From: Paraphysomonas bandaiensis
Taxonomy: Eukaryota; Protista; Chrysophyceae
DNA: 64,000 bases
Direction of reading: 5' to 3'
Assembly: GCA_965644295.1 (NCBI GenBank)
Contig: CBFFRP010000217.1
Location: 62,001 to 126,000, forward strand
In this document: one piece after another, positions 33,795 to 45,916 of the stretch
Position numbering within the stretch: position 1 is the first letter of the stretch
Layout of the letters: every line of letters begins with the position of its first letter
The notes under the pieces: model-generated
The model's database searches: none
What the model was told of the DNA's origin: nothing
What the model saw: the letters and a program-made list of their open reading frames with translations, nothing else
Made by a program: the position numbers and the translations under genes

Positions 33795-34453
33795 ATGTGG
33801 TTTGGGGGGGCGGTGGAGTATTGAAGAGGACGACTTCGTTGACGTATTTTCTCATGTGTGCGAGACAATAGTTCACGTAAGTGCTGTATGCACTGCTAAG
33901 CTTTCTATTCTTCAGATCACATGCTTTCAGCCTGCCTCATGGATATGTCGTATTGTGGAGTCAGGCCCTCTGAACTGCAAGCGCATGACTAGGTTTTATG
34001 TTGTACTGATGCGTTTTAGTAGAGTACTGATCACTCTAGTATATATGTAGGTACCATAGCATATATATGTTGTAAGGGAGGTCTCTTATAACATCAAGAG
34101 CAAAACCTATATTATTATCGTTCTTGTCTACAACTGTCCGCGGCTGTGGGATACTAGTAACTATTGATCCTACCTCTAGCCGTACATCATTTGTGAGATC
34201 CTACTCTGCATATATATACTACAATATGTTTTATGATCTTGTGACTGTTAATCATTGTAGGACACACTATATTTTACAATCTTGTGAGTGCTAATCATTG
34301 TATGACAGGCACCACAGTATAATATTATGTATGTTGTGCGGGAGATCCCGTAATGATCAAGCGCAAACCCAATATCGCTTGTGAGGTACGTAAAATACAT
34401 TTATAGCTCTCTACATATCTTAATTATGTGCTCAGGGGACATTGATGTGAAGG

Positions 34454-34628
34454 TAGCCCCTATGTCTTCGCGGCTGCGGATATTACACACCGAGTATTGC
34501 ACACAGTTTACATGGGTTCATCGAATTCTACAGATGCCACAAGGAACAGAGCCCACTCTCTGGCGAAGAACCTAAATTCCTATCATATGTACCTCAATAT
34601 CGACATGATTGTGCATGCTGTAGTTTCT
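34454..34628 (+). pseudogene. 175-bp duplicated fragment of an NAD+ synthetase exon (source 38537-38711)
   Basis: Identical to the source except one C/T near the 5' end, by eye; same orientation. Confidence 0.92.
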
Positions 34629-34653
34629 ACTTGGACTACAGGTCATTGATCTC

Positions 34654-35679
34654 TTATGTACTGTGGCCTGGCAGGAGTTTGAACCAAATATACCCATTTA
34701 CACTAGCAGCAAACACTCCGCCAACTACAGCCCCTGCAGGTCCAGCAATTGTGGCTCCTACACCAGCATAAAAAGCTGTCGAAACTGCGGTTATAGCAAC
34801 TTTTTTAGCAGTTTCAGGATCTTTTGTCGCTGCTTGTGCAACACCTACACCACCATCAACCACTACATCTGCAACAATTTCTGCAAAAATATCTTTGATG
34901 TTGGCATTCAACACATCGCGTACACTCATTTTGATAGCACCTCGCCCTTTACGAGATATTTTGAATTCATTATTCTGTGTAACTTGAATAGTAACATCGT
35001 CCTTAACCTTTTCGACAATCTTGCCAACAACTTTGACTGCAATATCAAGTACAAAAACAAACTCCCAACTTCCTTCCGTAACAGCGATAAGGGCTTCATC
35101 GGGAATGTCAATACCAGATACGACACGCATATGGTTAACGACCATGTCATTGTACTCGTTAGGTTGAGTAAGATATTCTTTGAAGTCAGAAGAAAACTTT
35201 ATTCTCATAGTATCTTTACTGACACTGATGCCAGTACATTCTCGCATTTTAGATCCATCATAGAAAGACAACTGATTCATAATTATACTGTCAGGGTGTG
35301 TAGCTACACGATGTTGACTTAGAAGTTCTTTTTCTGCTATTGGCACTCCATTCTCGGAGTTAATAGCCTCAGTAGCACGGCTATCACAGCAAAAAAGGAC
35401 CTTCTGTTCAAAATAACTCCTAGTTCGGTTTCCACGGATGAGTTTTTGAATAGATGTGGCTGCTCTCTTTCGAATGAGGTGTCTCCGCACTGTCCTTTGA
35501 ATGCACATCGCGGCCTTCTTTCGAGTGAAGTGTCTCCGCACTGTCCTTTGAATGCACATCGCGGCCTTCTTTCGAGTGAGGTGTCTCCGCACTGCCCTTT
35601 GAATAATACAAGCGCATATCTCTATTCGTCGCAGGGTTCGGATATCTTCACAGACGTCATTCACGCCTCGTCCCATCAT
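34654..35679 (-). CDS. IQ-motif repeat protein with a C-terminal glycine-zipper-like hydrophobic tail
   Basis: Four IQ motifs (IQRAVRRH, IQRTVRRH twice, IQKLIRGN) on a 51-bp repeat; tail GVGATIAGPAGAVVGGVFAASVNGYIW. Start assumed at MMGRG; the ORF is open to 35832. Confidence 0.7.
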   Translation of the reverse strand: MMGRGVNDVCEDIRTLRRIEICACIIQRAVRRHLTRKKAAMCIQRTVRRHFTRKKAAMCIQRTVRRHLIRKRAATSIQKLIRGNRTRSYFEQKVLFCCDSRATEAINSENGVPIAEKELLSQHRVATHPDSIIMNQLSFYDGSKMRECTGISVSKDTMRIKFSSDFKEYLTQPNEYNDMVVNHMRVVSGIDIPDEALIAVTEGSWEFVFVLDIAVKVVGKIVEKVKDDVTIQVTQNNEFKISRKGRGAIKMSVRDVLNANIKDIFAEIVADVVVDGGVGVAQAATKDPETAKKVAITAVSTAFYAGVGATIAGPAGAVVGGVFAASVNGYIWFKLLPGHST

Positions 35680-36101
35680 TTTACGTGTGAGTATGTTGTA
35701 TATGTGGTACATTACCAATAGAGTGTGATAGTAAGTGATGTTCAGATGTGGTGAGGGTGGATACTCTGAAGATCTCACTATCTCAATATGGAGAAAGCAG
35801 TTGACGTCTGGACATTTCTGTGGGATTGCCACATTCTCATAATATTCTTTAGAGACTACCTTACATACTGCTGTATACAGGCGTATACCATCCGGTATGT
35901 ACTGTATTCATATGGTACACTACATGGCAGGCATATACCATATACAGTACCGTACCTACAGAGTACACAGCATTATACAGGTGGCGTACTGCTGTACATG
36001 TCATGTCTACGTACACTGTGGTACATGCCTGAGTCATAGCAGGATTATAAGCACTGAGCTGTGCAGTTGAAAGAATTAAAATAATATCGCCACCACTCCA
36101 G

Positions 36102-39100
36102 ATGGACATGTCAGACAGTATCTATGAGGTCCCCAGCTCTCGCTGTGTGTTGGCAACATGCAATATCAATCAATGGTCTCTTGACTTTGACGGTAACATG
36201 CGGCGCACTATGGAGTCAATTGAGAGGGCTCGGGAATCAGGCGCCAGGTATAGACTAGGACCAGAGCTAGAGCTGTCGGGATACAGCTGTGAGGACCACT
36301 TCCTGGAGCTGGTATGACATATGTGGCTACTACGATAAGACAAGCTGTGATTATATATGGCTTGCTATAAGACTATCTATGCCAAGCTATGTATATCTAT
36401 GCCAAGCTATGTGTATATCTATGCCAAGCTATGTGTATATCTATGCCAAGCTATGTGTATATCTATGCCAAGCTATGTGTATATCTATGCCAAGCTATGT
36501 GTATATCTATGCCAAGCTATGTGTATATCTATGCCAAGCTATGTATATCTATGCCAAGCTATGTGTATATCTATGCCAAGCTATGTGTATATCTATGCCA
36601 AGCTATGTGTATATCTATGCCAAGCTATGTGTATATCTATGCCAAGCTATGTGTATATCTATGCCAAGCTATGTGTATATCTATGCCAAGCTATGTGTAT
36701 ATCTATGCCAAGCTATGTGTATATCTATGCCAAGCTATGTGTATATCTATGCCTAGCTATGTGTATATCTATGCCAAGCTATGTGTATATCTATGCCAAG
36801 CTATGTGTATATATGGCTAGCTATAAGACTATATATGTTTCTATATGACTAGATATGGTTATAACTATGGTAATATCTAAGGCTAGCTATAAGACTATAT
36901 ATGTTTCTATATGACTAGCTGTGATTATATTTATGACTAGTTACGTTTATATCTTTGACTATCAATGTTTGTATCTAAGACTAACAATGCCTTGAAATCA
37001 ACCTGTTTAAGTTTATCTGTGCTACAGCTATCCTATATGCTATCAATATTACCGTTATTATGACAATGACTGCAATTAGCATTAGGACGAGCACTCTTTC
37101 ACTGACGGGTGCTGCTTTGCAGGACACCTTCATGCACTGCGAGCAGTCCCTTGCAGAGATACTGAAGAGCGGGGTTACGGACTCTATTCTGTGCGATATT
37201 GGCTGCCCGGTACGTCTCGCTTTTTATAAGGTGATGAATGATTAATATCTTGTATTTATACCCCAGCTGATACACAACAGCGTTCGATACAATTGCAGAG
37301 TGCTTTGTCTGGATGGAAAAATAGTCTTAATTCGTCCTAAAGCCTATTTAGTAAGTTGTACCTCTTGTGAAGGAGATATTTTGTTCATATTTCAAATAGG
37401 CGGATGATGGTAACTATCGTGAGTGCCGATTTTTTAGCAGCTGGAAGCATCACCGAGAGCTTCAAACGTTCCGTTTGAGTTCAGTTCTTGTGGAAGCTAC
37501 TGGAGGACAGACAACTGCTCCAATTGGTATGGCGACAATTACTACGAAAGAGGCAGTGCTTGCTTCTGAATGCTGCGAGGAACTTTGGACCCTACTCAAG
37601 TACTGTTTTGTGCTATGTGGATGTCGTATATATTTTGACACATATTTGCAGTCCTCACATTGAGATGTGTCTCTCTGGCGTGGATATTATTACGAATGGG
37701 TCGGGGTCCCACCACCAACTGCGTAAACTACATTCACGTGTGGAGCTAATCCGAAGTGCCACCAAGAGAGGTGGTGGTGTATATCTCTTTTCTAACCATC
37801 AAGGATGCGACGGTGGAAGACTGTACTTTGACGGCTGCTGTCTTGTGTGTCTTAATGGCGAGGTCATTGCTCAAGGCACGCAGTTCAGTCTAAATGATGT
37901 AGAAGTAGTGACAGCCACAGTTGACTTGAATGAAGTACGCGCATACAGACAGGGATGTAAATCCTGTCAGGACCAGGCATCAGGCGTAACTCCGCTCCCA
38001 ACAATTGACCTGGCGCAATTTTCTCTCTTAGTTGGCGGAGATGACCCTCACCCCACTCTGTGCCCCTGCGATAATTGCAGAGTTACGTTACCCATAGAGG
38101 TGAGTTACTCTACACTCCATGAACTTTCGTGTGTATGGTTGGAGTGCGTTTTTAGCACGAAGTTTTTATTACTTGGTCCAGGTCAAGTATCATACAGCGG
38201 AGGAGGAGTGTGCTCTTGGGCCCGCGTGTTGGCTGTGGGACTATCTCCGGAGATCACGTGCGGCTGGTTCGTTTCCCACAATTTGCACTGCTATATGTTT
38301 AAATGTATTCCTCCTCTGCTCTGCAGTTATATGCGGTATTCTAAATGGGTTCTTTTACTCTACTCTCATGTAGGATATCTCCTACCTCTCAGTGGTGGAG
38401 CGGATTCGGCGTCTGTAGCTGCCATTGTGCACGTCATGTCAACCCTTGCTGCGGAATCTGCCAATAATGGGAATACGATAGTGGAGTCCGAGCTTCGGCG
38501 TTTGCTCAACATCCCATCAACCGCAGATGGTAGAGATAGCCCCTACGTCTTCGCGGCTGCGGATATTACACACCGAGTATTGCACACAGTTTACATGGGT
38601 TCATCGAATTCTACAGATGCCACAAGGAACAGAGCCCACTCTCTGGCGAAGAACCTAAATTCCTATCATATGTACCTCAATATCGACATGATTGTGCATG
38701 CTGTAGTTTCTGTCTTTTCGAAGCTATGTGGCATCTCACCGAGATATGTATCTGAAGGTGCAGGCACAATATATAGGATGAGTGTGCTATGGGTCTGAAA
38801 ATAGTTGAGCCATTTTGAGTGCACTTTTACTTTACTTTATGTCGTATTTTAAGAACTGTGTGTATAGGCGGGTCCGAGTCAGAAGATCTTGCGCTTCAAA
38901 ACATTCAAGCTCGTCTGAGGATGGTAATGGCCTACATGTGCGCACAATTGTTCCCTTGGGCTAGAGGTCAAACAGGATTCCTCCTCGTATTAGGTAGTGG
39001 TAACGTTGACGAAGCTCTGCGTGGGTACTTGACGAAGTACGACTGCTCCAGTGCAGATATTAACCCGATTGGTGGGATCAGCAAGGGTGACCTAAAGCGC

Positions 39101-39912
39101 ATGATTTTGTATGTGGCGGATGCCTATGATGCTCATGCACTGAGAGATATAGCAGAAGCCCCACCGACGGTAACGACATTTATATTGTAGCTGACGCAAA
39201 CGTCCTCAGCGATGCACATATTATATATATTATATATCGTGGGTGTGTTTAACGCTGTTATGCGTGTTCGTGTATTCCATTGTGTAATATGTACATCGAA
39301 TTATTGTTGTACCATATTGAGATAATGTGGCCAGGCTGAGTTGCGACCTGTATTGTCATCAACATCTGGCGACGGGGATGTGCCTTTGATGGACCATAGC
39401 CAGCTCGATGAAGAAGACATGGGCATGACGTATAAGGAACTTGGTGTCTTCGGGTATTGTAATTTCTATTACGTGTGTTGAAATGTGTCTACTATATTTT
39501 GTGGTATATCAGTTTTTAGTAGCATCACTCAGAATTTTAACATACCATCTGCGTTGTGTCCAGCTACCTGCGAAAGTCAATGAGATGTGGACCGGTTACA
39601 ATGTTCATAAAACTATGCGCCATGTGGAGAAATACAGTCAGTGTCTCTGACATTGCAACCAAGGTATTTTGCATTTTTCTACTACTGTGTACTGAGAAGA
39701 AAACTTTTCAGGTGAAGCGCTTTTTTTTCTACTACTCGGTGAATCGACACAAGTGTACCACTCTTACACCGTCCTACCATGCTGAAAACTACTCTCCTGA
39801 TGACAACCGCTTTGACCTACGCCCCTTTCTGTATAATACGCGCTGGACTCGACAGTTTGCTACGATAGATAGCCTTGTCAAGCGCAGGACATCTATGCTA
39901 AAGTCAACGTAA
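36102..39912 (+). CDS. QNS1: Glutamine-dependent NAD+ synthetase (multi-exon)
   Basis: Nitrilase domain [42 protein letters not shown] and [12 protein letters not shown]; synthetase domain [44 protein letters not shown] and [22 protein letters not shown]. Confidence 0.97.
36375..36812. repeat. 22-bp minisatellite (CTATGCCAAGCTATGTGTATAT, about 20 copies) in intron 1 of NAD synthetase
   Basis: Read directly from the sequence; lies inside the GT-AG intron 36312-37122. Confidence 0.95.
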
Positions 39913-40398
39913 TCTGTAGAACAATACTACAAATGAATGGTGTAGCATGGAGCATGGATATCAATGTCTCACTTCGGTATTTTCTCTACAGTAAATGCTG
40001 CGGTAGAAAATTTTTCGGAGTCAAAAATATTTTTCCTTACGGTCGTTTCATACTAAGTGCTTATTATGCAGGCCATGAAATATAATCAAATGTTTATAGG
40101 ATTTTCAATTGATTTTTTTCATCCGCTCATATGTAAATGAACGATATGCTTATTATTGAAAAGTATGTGTATTAGCATCATTTTTGCTCAGCTATTGTGT
40201 ATCATTGACTTTTACATCCTGGTACGGTGCTTCTTTCAAGAATTCGGAGACATAAAAAGTAAACCACACAAAGAGTATATTATTTACGGCTAATTTACAG
40301 CCCTACCTGTAACATCATATATCACTCAAATAAAAGTTCCATATTCACATTTTCGAAAACTATAAAGAAGTCGATAAACCGACTCCAATTTAACCACG

Positions 40399-41415
40399 CT
40401 AAGTACCCCTAGTTTTAATAGAAGATATAAGACTCCTAATGTCATCTAAGTGGGTTTCAATTTCCTTCTCTTTCTCATTGTCCGCATGAGACATAGCTTT
40501 GTTCTTAAGCGCCATGTACTGCTCGTACTGCTCCTTAATTCGCTTCTTTTCTGCCTCTGCTCTTTTTGCAGCAGAATCTTGGATTTCTTTCTTACGAATC
40601 TCCGCCAGATGAGCGGTCTCAGCAGCCTGTTTCGCCTCGTTTGCTGCTTTCTCCTGCGCAAACTTTGTCACCGGTACAAGGTCTTCCGCTTTCATATCTC
40701 CAGATATCTCCAACGGCACCTTCCCCTCACCAGCGAACTCCTCGATAATCTGTGCAACAGTTTTTCGAATGTTCGTCACTACTCTTGACGATGGAAGCGG
40801 GTCCAGGCGCTGACACAGATATCTCTCTGTGAGATCATCAGCCAAATCCCCCCTAAGATCCTCGTCCCCTCTTTTCGTGGGGTTCGTCTTCCACCAGTAG
40901 GCGAGGTCCTTACGAAATGCTTCAAACACTTCAGCCGCTTCTGTATCAGCTTGCATGCTCTCGAGAGACTGAAAGCTACTTGACAAGACAGGACGTGGGC
41001 TCTTGTGTTTCGGTGATGGTTTCTTACCAGTGGCGGATGGCGATTCTCTTTGTTGAGGGGGAGGAACTGTCACTGAAGGAGCAGCCAGTCCTACTCTATC
41101 ATCTACTTGATCCTCCTCCTCCTCCTCTTCGTCATCGTCTCTATCATTGAGAGTGTTCCTCATCTTTGCACGATCAGCATATCGACCGGCCTGAGCCCTC
41201 ACTCTCTCTTGTTTCTCTCTTGCTTTACGAGCACGAGACAATAGAGACTTCTTACGGACATTATAAGCAGTCATGAGGCAGTCCTCAAGCAGGTCCAGCG
41301 AGCTCGCTTTACCTGACGATGAATGAGAGGGAGGGTGTGTATGGGTAGGGGGGTTGCTGTGTGTGTCGGGGTCAGACCTCTCGAATAGATCCTCTAAGTC
41401 GGTGTCGCGAGTCAT
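40399..41415 (-). CDS. Hypothetical charged/coiled-coil protein, 338 aa
   Basis: Long single ORF with ATG start, an acidic tract and an E/K/A-rich helical C-terminus; no family recognised. Confidence 0.7.
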   Translation of the reverse strand: MTRDTDLEDLFERSDPDTHSNPPTHTHPPSHSSSGKASSLDLLEDCLMTAYNVRKKSLLSRARKAREKQERVRAQAGRYADRAKMRNTLNDRDDDEEEEEEDQVDDRVGLAAPSVTVPPPQQRESPSATGKKPSPKHKSPRPVLSSSFQSLESMQADTEAAEVFEAFRKDLAYWWKTNPTKRGDEDLRGDLADDLTERYLCQRLDPLPSSRVVTNIRKTVAQIIEEFAGEGKVPLEISGDMKAEDLVPVTKFAQEKAANEAKQAAETAHLAEIRKKEIQDSAAKRAEAEKKRIKEQYEQYMALKNKAMSHADNEKEKEIETHLDDIRSLISSIKTRGT

Positions 41416-41849
41416 CTCAAAGCACTCGAAGAGATGCAGCGGGAGAGATGCGTTTCTGTCTGGTTATATATACATATTCATATCGATAGATACACGCTGC
41501 TGGACATATACGTATAACTGCAGCATCTAGCATGCACGAGATAGAAGAGGCCCACACATACAAGTATAGAACAGTACTGCTGTACTACTGTATATGTACT
41601 GCAGCACTGCTGCATATACCGGTACATGATGTACAGCACACAGCACAACATAGCGGATCCAGAGATACGTACGTAGTGAACTGGTATACCAGCATAGATA
41701 TACAGTATACAGCACATGTACTCGTAGTACACTCACTCCTGCTGCGTATCCCTACATATACCTGTACTGTCTCCCTAACATATATATATATATACATATA
41801 TACATGTACAGCCCATCAGTCACCACTCTGATACCCCCCTCTATCTGAC

Positions 41850-43916
41850 ATGCCTTCTCTCTCCGCTACTCTCTTATTCCTCACAGGAGTGTCTCTCTCC
41901 TGCAGCGTTACTGTAGACATCAACACTGAGTCTGCAGTCCGGTCTTATGACTCCTCTCATCCCTTCACATGCGTCACTCTGGATTGGGTAAGTCTCCCTA
42001 TAGTCTATAGGGGTATAAGTGATGCGTGTTATACGGCAGTGGCCCTCGAACAAGTGCGATAGTCATGACCTCAGCTCAGACTGTGCCTGGATAAACGCCT
42101 CTGTGTTAAACATCGACATGTCGTCGACACTTATTAAGAATGCCCTCAGAGGTATGGGCGATGTCGTTCTTCGCATTGGAGGAACACTGGGAGATTATAT
42201 TACTTATGCAGTGGGATCAGATGAGGGCATTTATTGTCCAGAGTTCTCTCCCCCCCCTCCTGATCCCGCCAAATACTTCACTGGCGGCTGTTTGAATTCC
42301 ACTAAATGGGATGAGATTATGGAGTTCTGTGATCCTGCATATGGATGTAATTTAGTGTTCGGCATTAATGTTCTTAGGGGCAGAGAGTGTTCTAGTATCG
42401 TTGATTCCAATTCCCCCACGTGTTTTTCACCTTTTGATACTTGTTCTGACACTTGGGACGGTACCAATGCTGATGCACTGATTCAATACACTGCAAGTAA
42501 GATTCTGTTCTCAATAATTACTGTAGATGCATTAGTACCCCCCAAGGGTGCTGTGTTATATTTTGTCATATGCTTCGTTGTACAGCTGATGCTAACATTC
42601 CATACAGGCAAGGGTTACGCAGTAACTGGGTACGAGCTCGGCAATGAAATACAGTGTCTGACAGCCGAACAATACTCTTCGTCTGTACTTGACCTGCATG
42701 CAAGCGTTACCGCTGCTAGCGAAGCCCACGGTCTGCCTGTTCCATACATCATAGCTACAGACTCTTCGGAATACATGCCGAGATTTCTACAAGACTTTCT
42801 TCCGGCTGTTGAGGATGTGTTAACTGCGTATACCTGGCATTTTTACCCGTTGAATTCAGGGGCCGAGTGTACAGGACCATCTAATGCAGATGAAAATAAC
42901 ACATCGGTGGATAGCATCATTATGGATCCTGATGGAATGAAGCTCCTGTTTAAGCTGGTATGCCATACCGCTCGTGCATTTTACCTCTTGCGTTGTATTG
43001 TTATCTCATATTGTTCCTAGAGTGCTGTTACTATTCGTTTGTTCAAAGCTATTTTACATAGTGTGTTCGCAGGCAGAAATGTTGGAAACAGTTGTTGACA
43101 CTGCTGTTCCTATTGACACCCCCGAAATATGGATGGGAGAAACAGGTGGAGCCTTCTCCAGTGGATGTAACGGTTCGACAAATGCATTTATGTCCGGGTT
43201 CTGGTACCTCCCATCAATGGCTGGTCTCGCTCGACGAGGCCATGATATGTTTTGTCGACAGACACTCATGGGAGGAAATTACGAATTATTGGACAAGGTA
43301 TCCGTGCACGTAGTGGTGGTGCTGTGCCTATCTTAATATGGCACATCGCTGTAGGAGTTAGATTTGAAATACAAATCCTGTGTAATTTGTTTTGCTTCCC
43401 TAACAGTATGTATTATTTTGTGCCTTACAATTTTTATTTCAGACAACATACCTCCCTAATCCGGACTACTACTCCTCTGTGCTCTACGCCCGTCTTATGG
43501 GTTCCATTTTGCTCAATTCCTCTGTATCAGGAGATGACATGCTACGCGTGTACAGTCACTGCTCTGCGCCAAGTAGCGGTGTTGATGCTGGCGGGGTTAC
43601 TCTACTGTTTCTAAACTATGCTAATAAGGATACGACAGTGGATAAAGTACTTTTCCATGATAAAGGTTTGGACGGGGAAAATGTGAGTGCTCGAATGGAG
43701 TATGTGTTCACTGGTGTAGCTTCTTCAGACCCCACTATCGATATTCTTCACAACAATCAGATCGCTTTGAATGGTGTGTTTCTACAACCAGATGAGGATG
43801 GCAACATGCCTACAATGAGTCCAGTTCTTCGTAAATCAAATACTCCCCTCAATCTTCCCGCTTACAGCTATGGGTTCATTGTCTACCCCGATGCTCAAGC
43901 CACTGCTTGCATGTAA
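41850..43916 (+). CDS. Secreted glycoside hydrolase family 79 (heparanase-like beta-glucuronidase), multi-exon
   Basis: Signal peptide; CVTLDW|WPSNKC, LRIGGTLGD, acid/base YELGNE, nucleophile WMGETGGA, FCRQTLMGGNYELLD, PNPDYY, RVYSHC. Confidence 0.93.
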
Positions 43917-45279
43917 TGCTGAAGTAAAGTTCAGCTCCTGGTCTTTAATTTCATTTTCGTTTTGTTATATATGATATTGTGTTATGATGTATATGTAGTG
44001 CGACCATGTTATTGGTAGGTATAACTGGCGCCGGACCTTGGTGTTGTAATTATGGCCACGTTGGGCTCAGCGCACAATGTTGCTACCATCTATAAATATA
44101 ATGACAAGCATATCCTATCAGGTTACGAAGCATCGAATTATACTGGACTAGGTTATAGACTAAGTTTCCATCGAAGATGTTACATAAAATTACAGTGCTA
44201 TGTACTCAAATCAGGGCTAGGGAACAATATATCGCAATACTATTGTTAGACAGAGTCCCACCAACAAAATTGCAATACTTTCCAACCGGCCCAACTATAC
44301 TGTTGTAATATATTGTGATCTAGCTTAACCGTATAGTCGTATTGTATTGATGGAATATTTTTCCAGTCGAACAGTTCATACATGTCAATATATTGCAATA
44401 TAGGTACGTCTGTCTTGTTCTCCAACTTTATTGCCATAATATTATCTAAGCAAAAACTTTCTCCCCACATTAAAGCTAAGAAGAACAAGTAATTATAAAG
44501 TTAGAAAACGTCAATTTTTTCCCGAAAACCTTTCGTACGCTAAGAACGAGAAGAGATCAATAATAGTATCATATGTTATATCATTCACCATAAAGAAATT
44601 CATGATAGAGTATTGAACAAGAACAAATGTAATGTGGGCTATGCTTCAACTTCACAAATGCTATTGATTTAACTTTTTTCTTATTTTAATGGTTAACGTT
44701 TTGGAAAAAATCAACTCGGAAAAAATATGCAGTATATTCAACACGTGAATTCGAGGGAAGACGGCCATGTTTGAGCGATTCAAAACTATAGTTTTCTTGA
44801 AAAGGATGAGTTATACAACCCACTGCTGTTCGAGTTGTTCCTGCTAGTAAGTACAAGGTATAGCAAGGTCTGTTTATTAGCAATAGGCACGAGTCAGAAC
44901 CAGTTTAGTAGATAGATGAATAAACTAGTCAAATAGCTAGATAAGCATCTACCATTTACTAACAAAAAGCAAGCTCTGATATTCTACTATTTAACTCGAC
45001 TAGAACTGCTTGTGCGTTACCACAAGCACCAAGGTGCATCCATTCTCGCTATATATGGATAGATGTGTATGTAGGGGAAGTAAATGTAGTGATCTAAGTC
45101 TACTTTTACAACACGGAACGCTAAGACAGCAAAAGAGCGCCTATATACCGAAAAAGGAGATAATTGAGCACCAGTGGGATAAGAGGGTTCTTCGGTATAT
45201 CCAGAAACATGGCGTCGGGAGAAAGGGTGATGGTACAAGAGAGGTCATATCTGATTGAGGAGTGTGGAACTGCCCACAG

Positions 45280-45535
45280 AATTAGGAATGAATGTCTGAT
45301 TATCATGTTTAACTCCAATATCCTACTATTTAACACTACAAAAGCTGCTGGTGCGTCACCGCAAGCTACAAGGTGCAACCACTCTCGCTCTATCACTCAA
45401 AGCAAACGCAGTGAGCAAGTAGAACGGTGATATATCTTTATATATGCGGCTCACGTTAGTTTTCCGGAAAATATCTCCGGTACATATCCCCCAGAACACC
45501 ACGAAAAGGTGGGAGTCCGACTTGTTGAGGGCAAC
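45280..45535. repeat. Degenerate dispersed repeat, copy 2 (homologous to 5712-6165)
   Basis: Same colinear blocks and orientation as copy 1, lacking two internal segments that copy 1 has. Confidence 0.65.
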
Positions 45536-45916
45536 AAAACTAGGGTCACCAAGGGCGAGTACTCTGATAGACCAGTGCTCGAGATGAGCATGATGTTGAT
45601 GTTCATAGGGTGTGCGTGGAAGAAAGTTGATGGCAAGGGATCAGAGACGAAAGGAGTTGAGATAGTTTTTCCGGAGGGTTTCGAGGAGTTGGAGTGTAAG
45701 ATGCCTGTGTGGAATAGTGCAGTAGAGTTATATGGAGGTTGGATATAGAGCTGGTTGGAGTGAAAAGGTAAAATTCCCATTTTTGTGCTTGTTTTGAAAG
45801 TTTTCCAACGTTCTTGTATACCACAATACAATATATTACGATTATATTCACACATTCGAATCCAACTACTAAATTGCAACACAAAACTCAATGGCAGCAA
45901 ATACTTAAATGAAGGA

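Noticed and set aside
36289-36848. ORFs with repeated [19 protein letters not shown]
   Set aside because: Translations of the intronic 22-bp minisatellite.
44010-44490. Minus-strand protein-like fragments (YDYTVKLDHN; IITTPRSGAS) resembling glycosyl- or sulfotransferase motifs
   Set aside because: Short, separated by stops and without a coherent exon structure; cannot be supported without a homology search.
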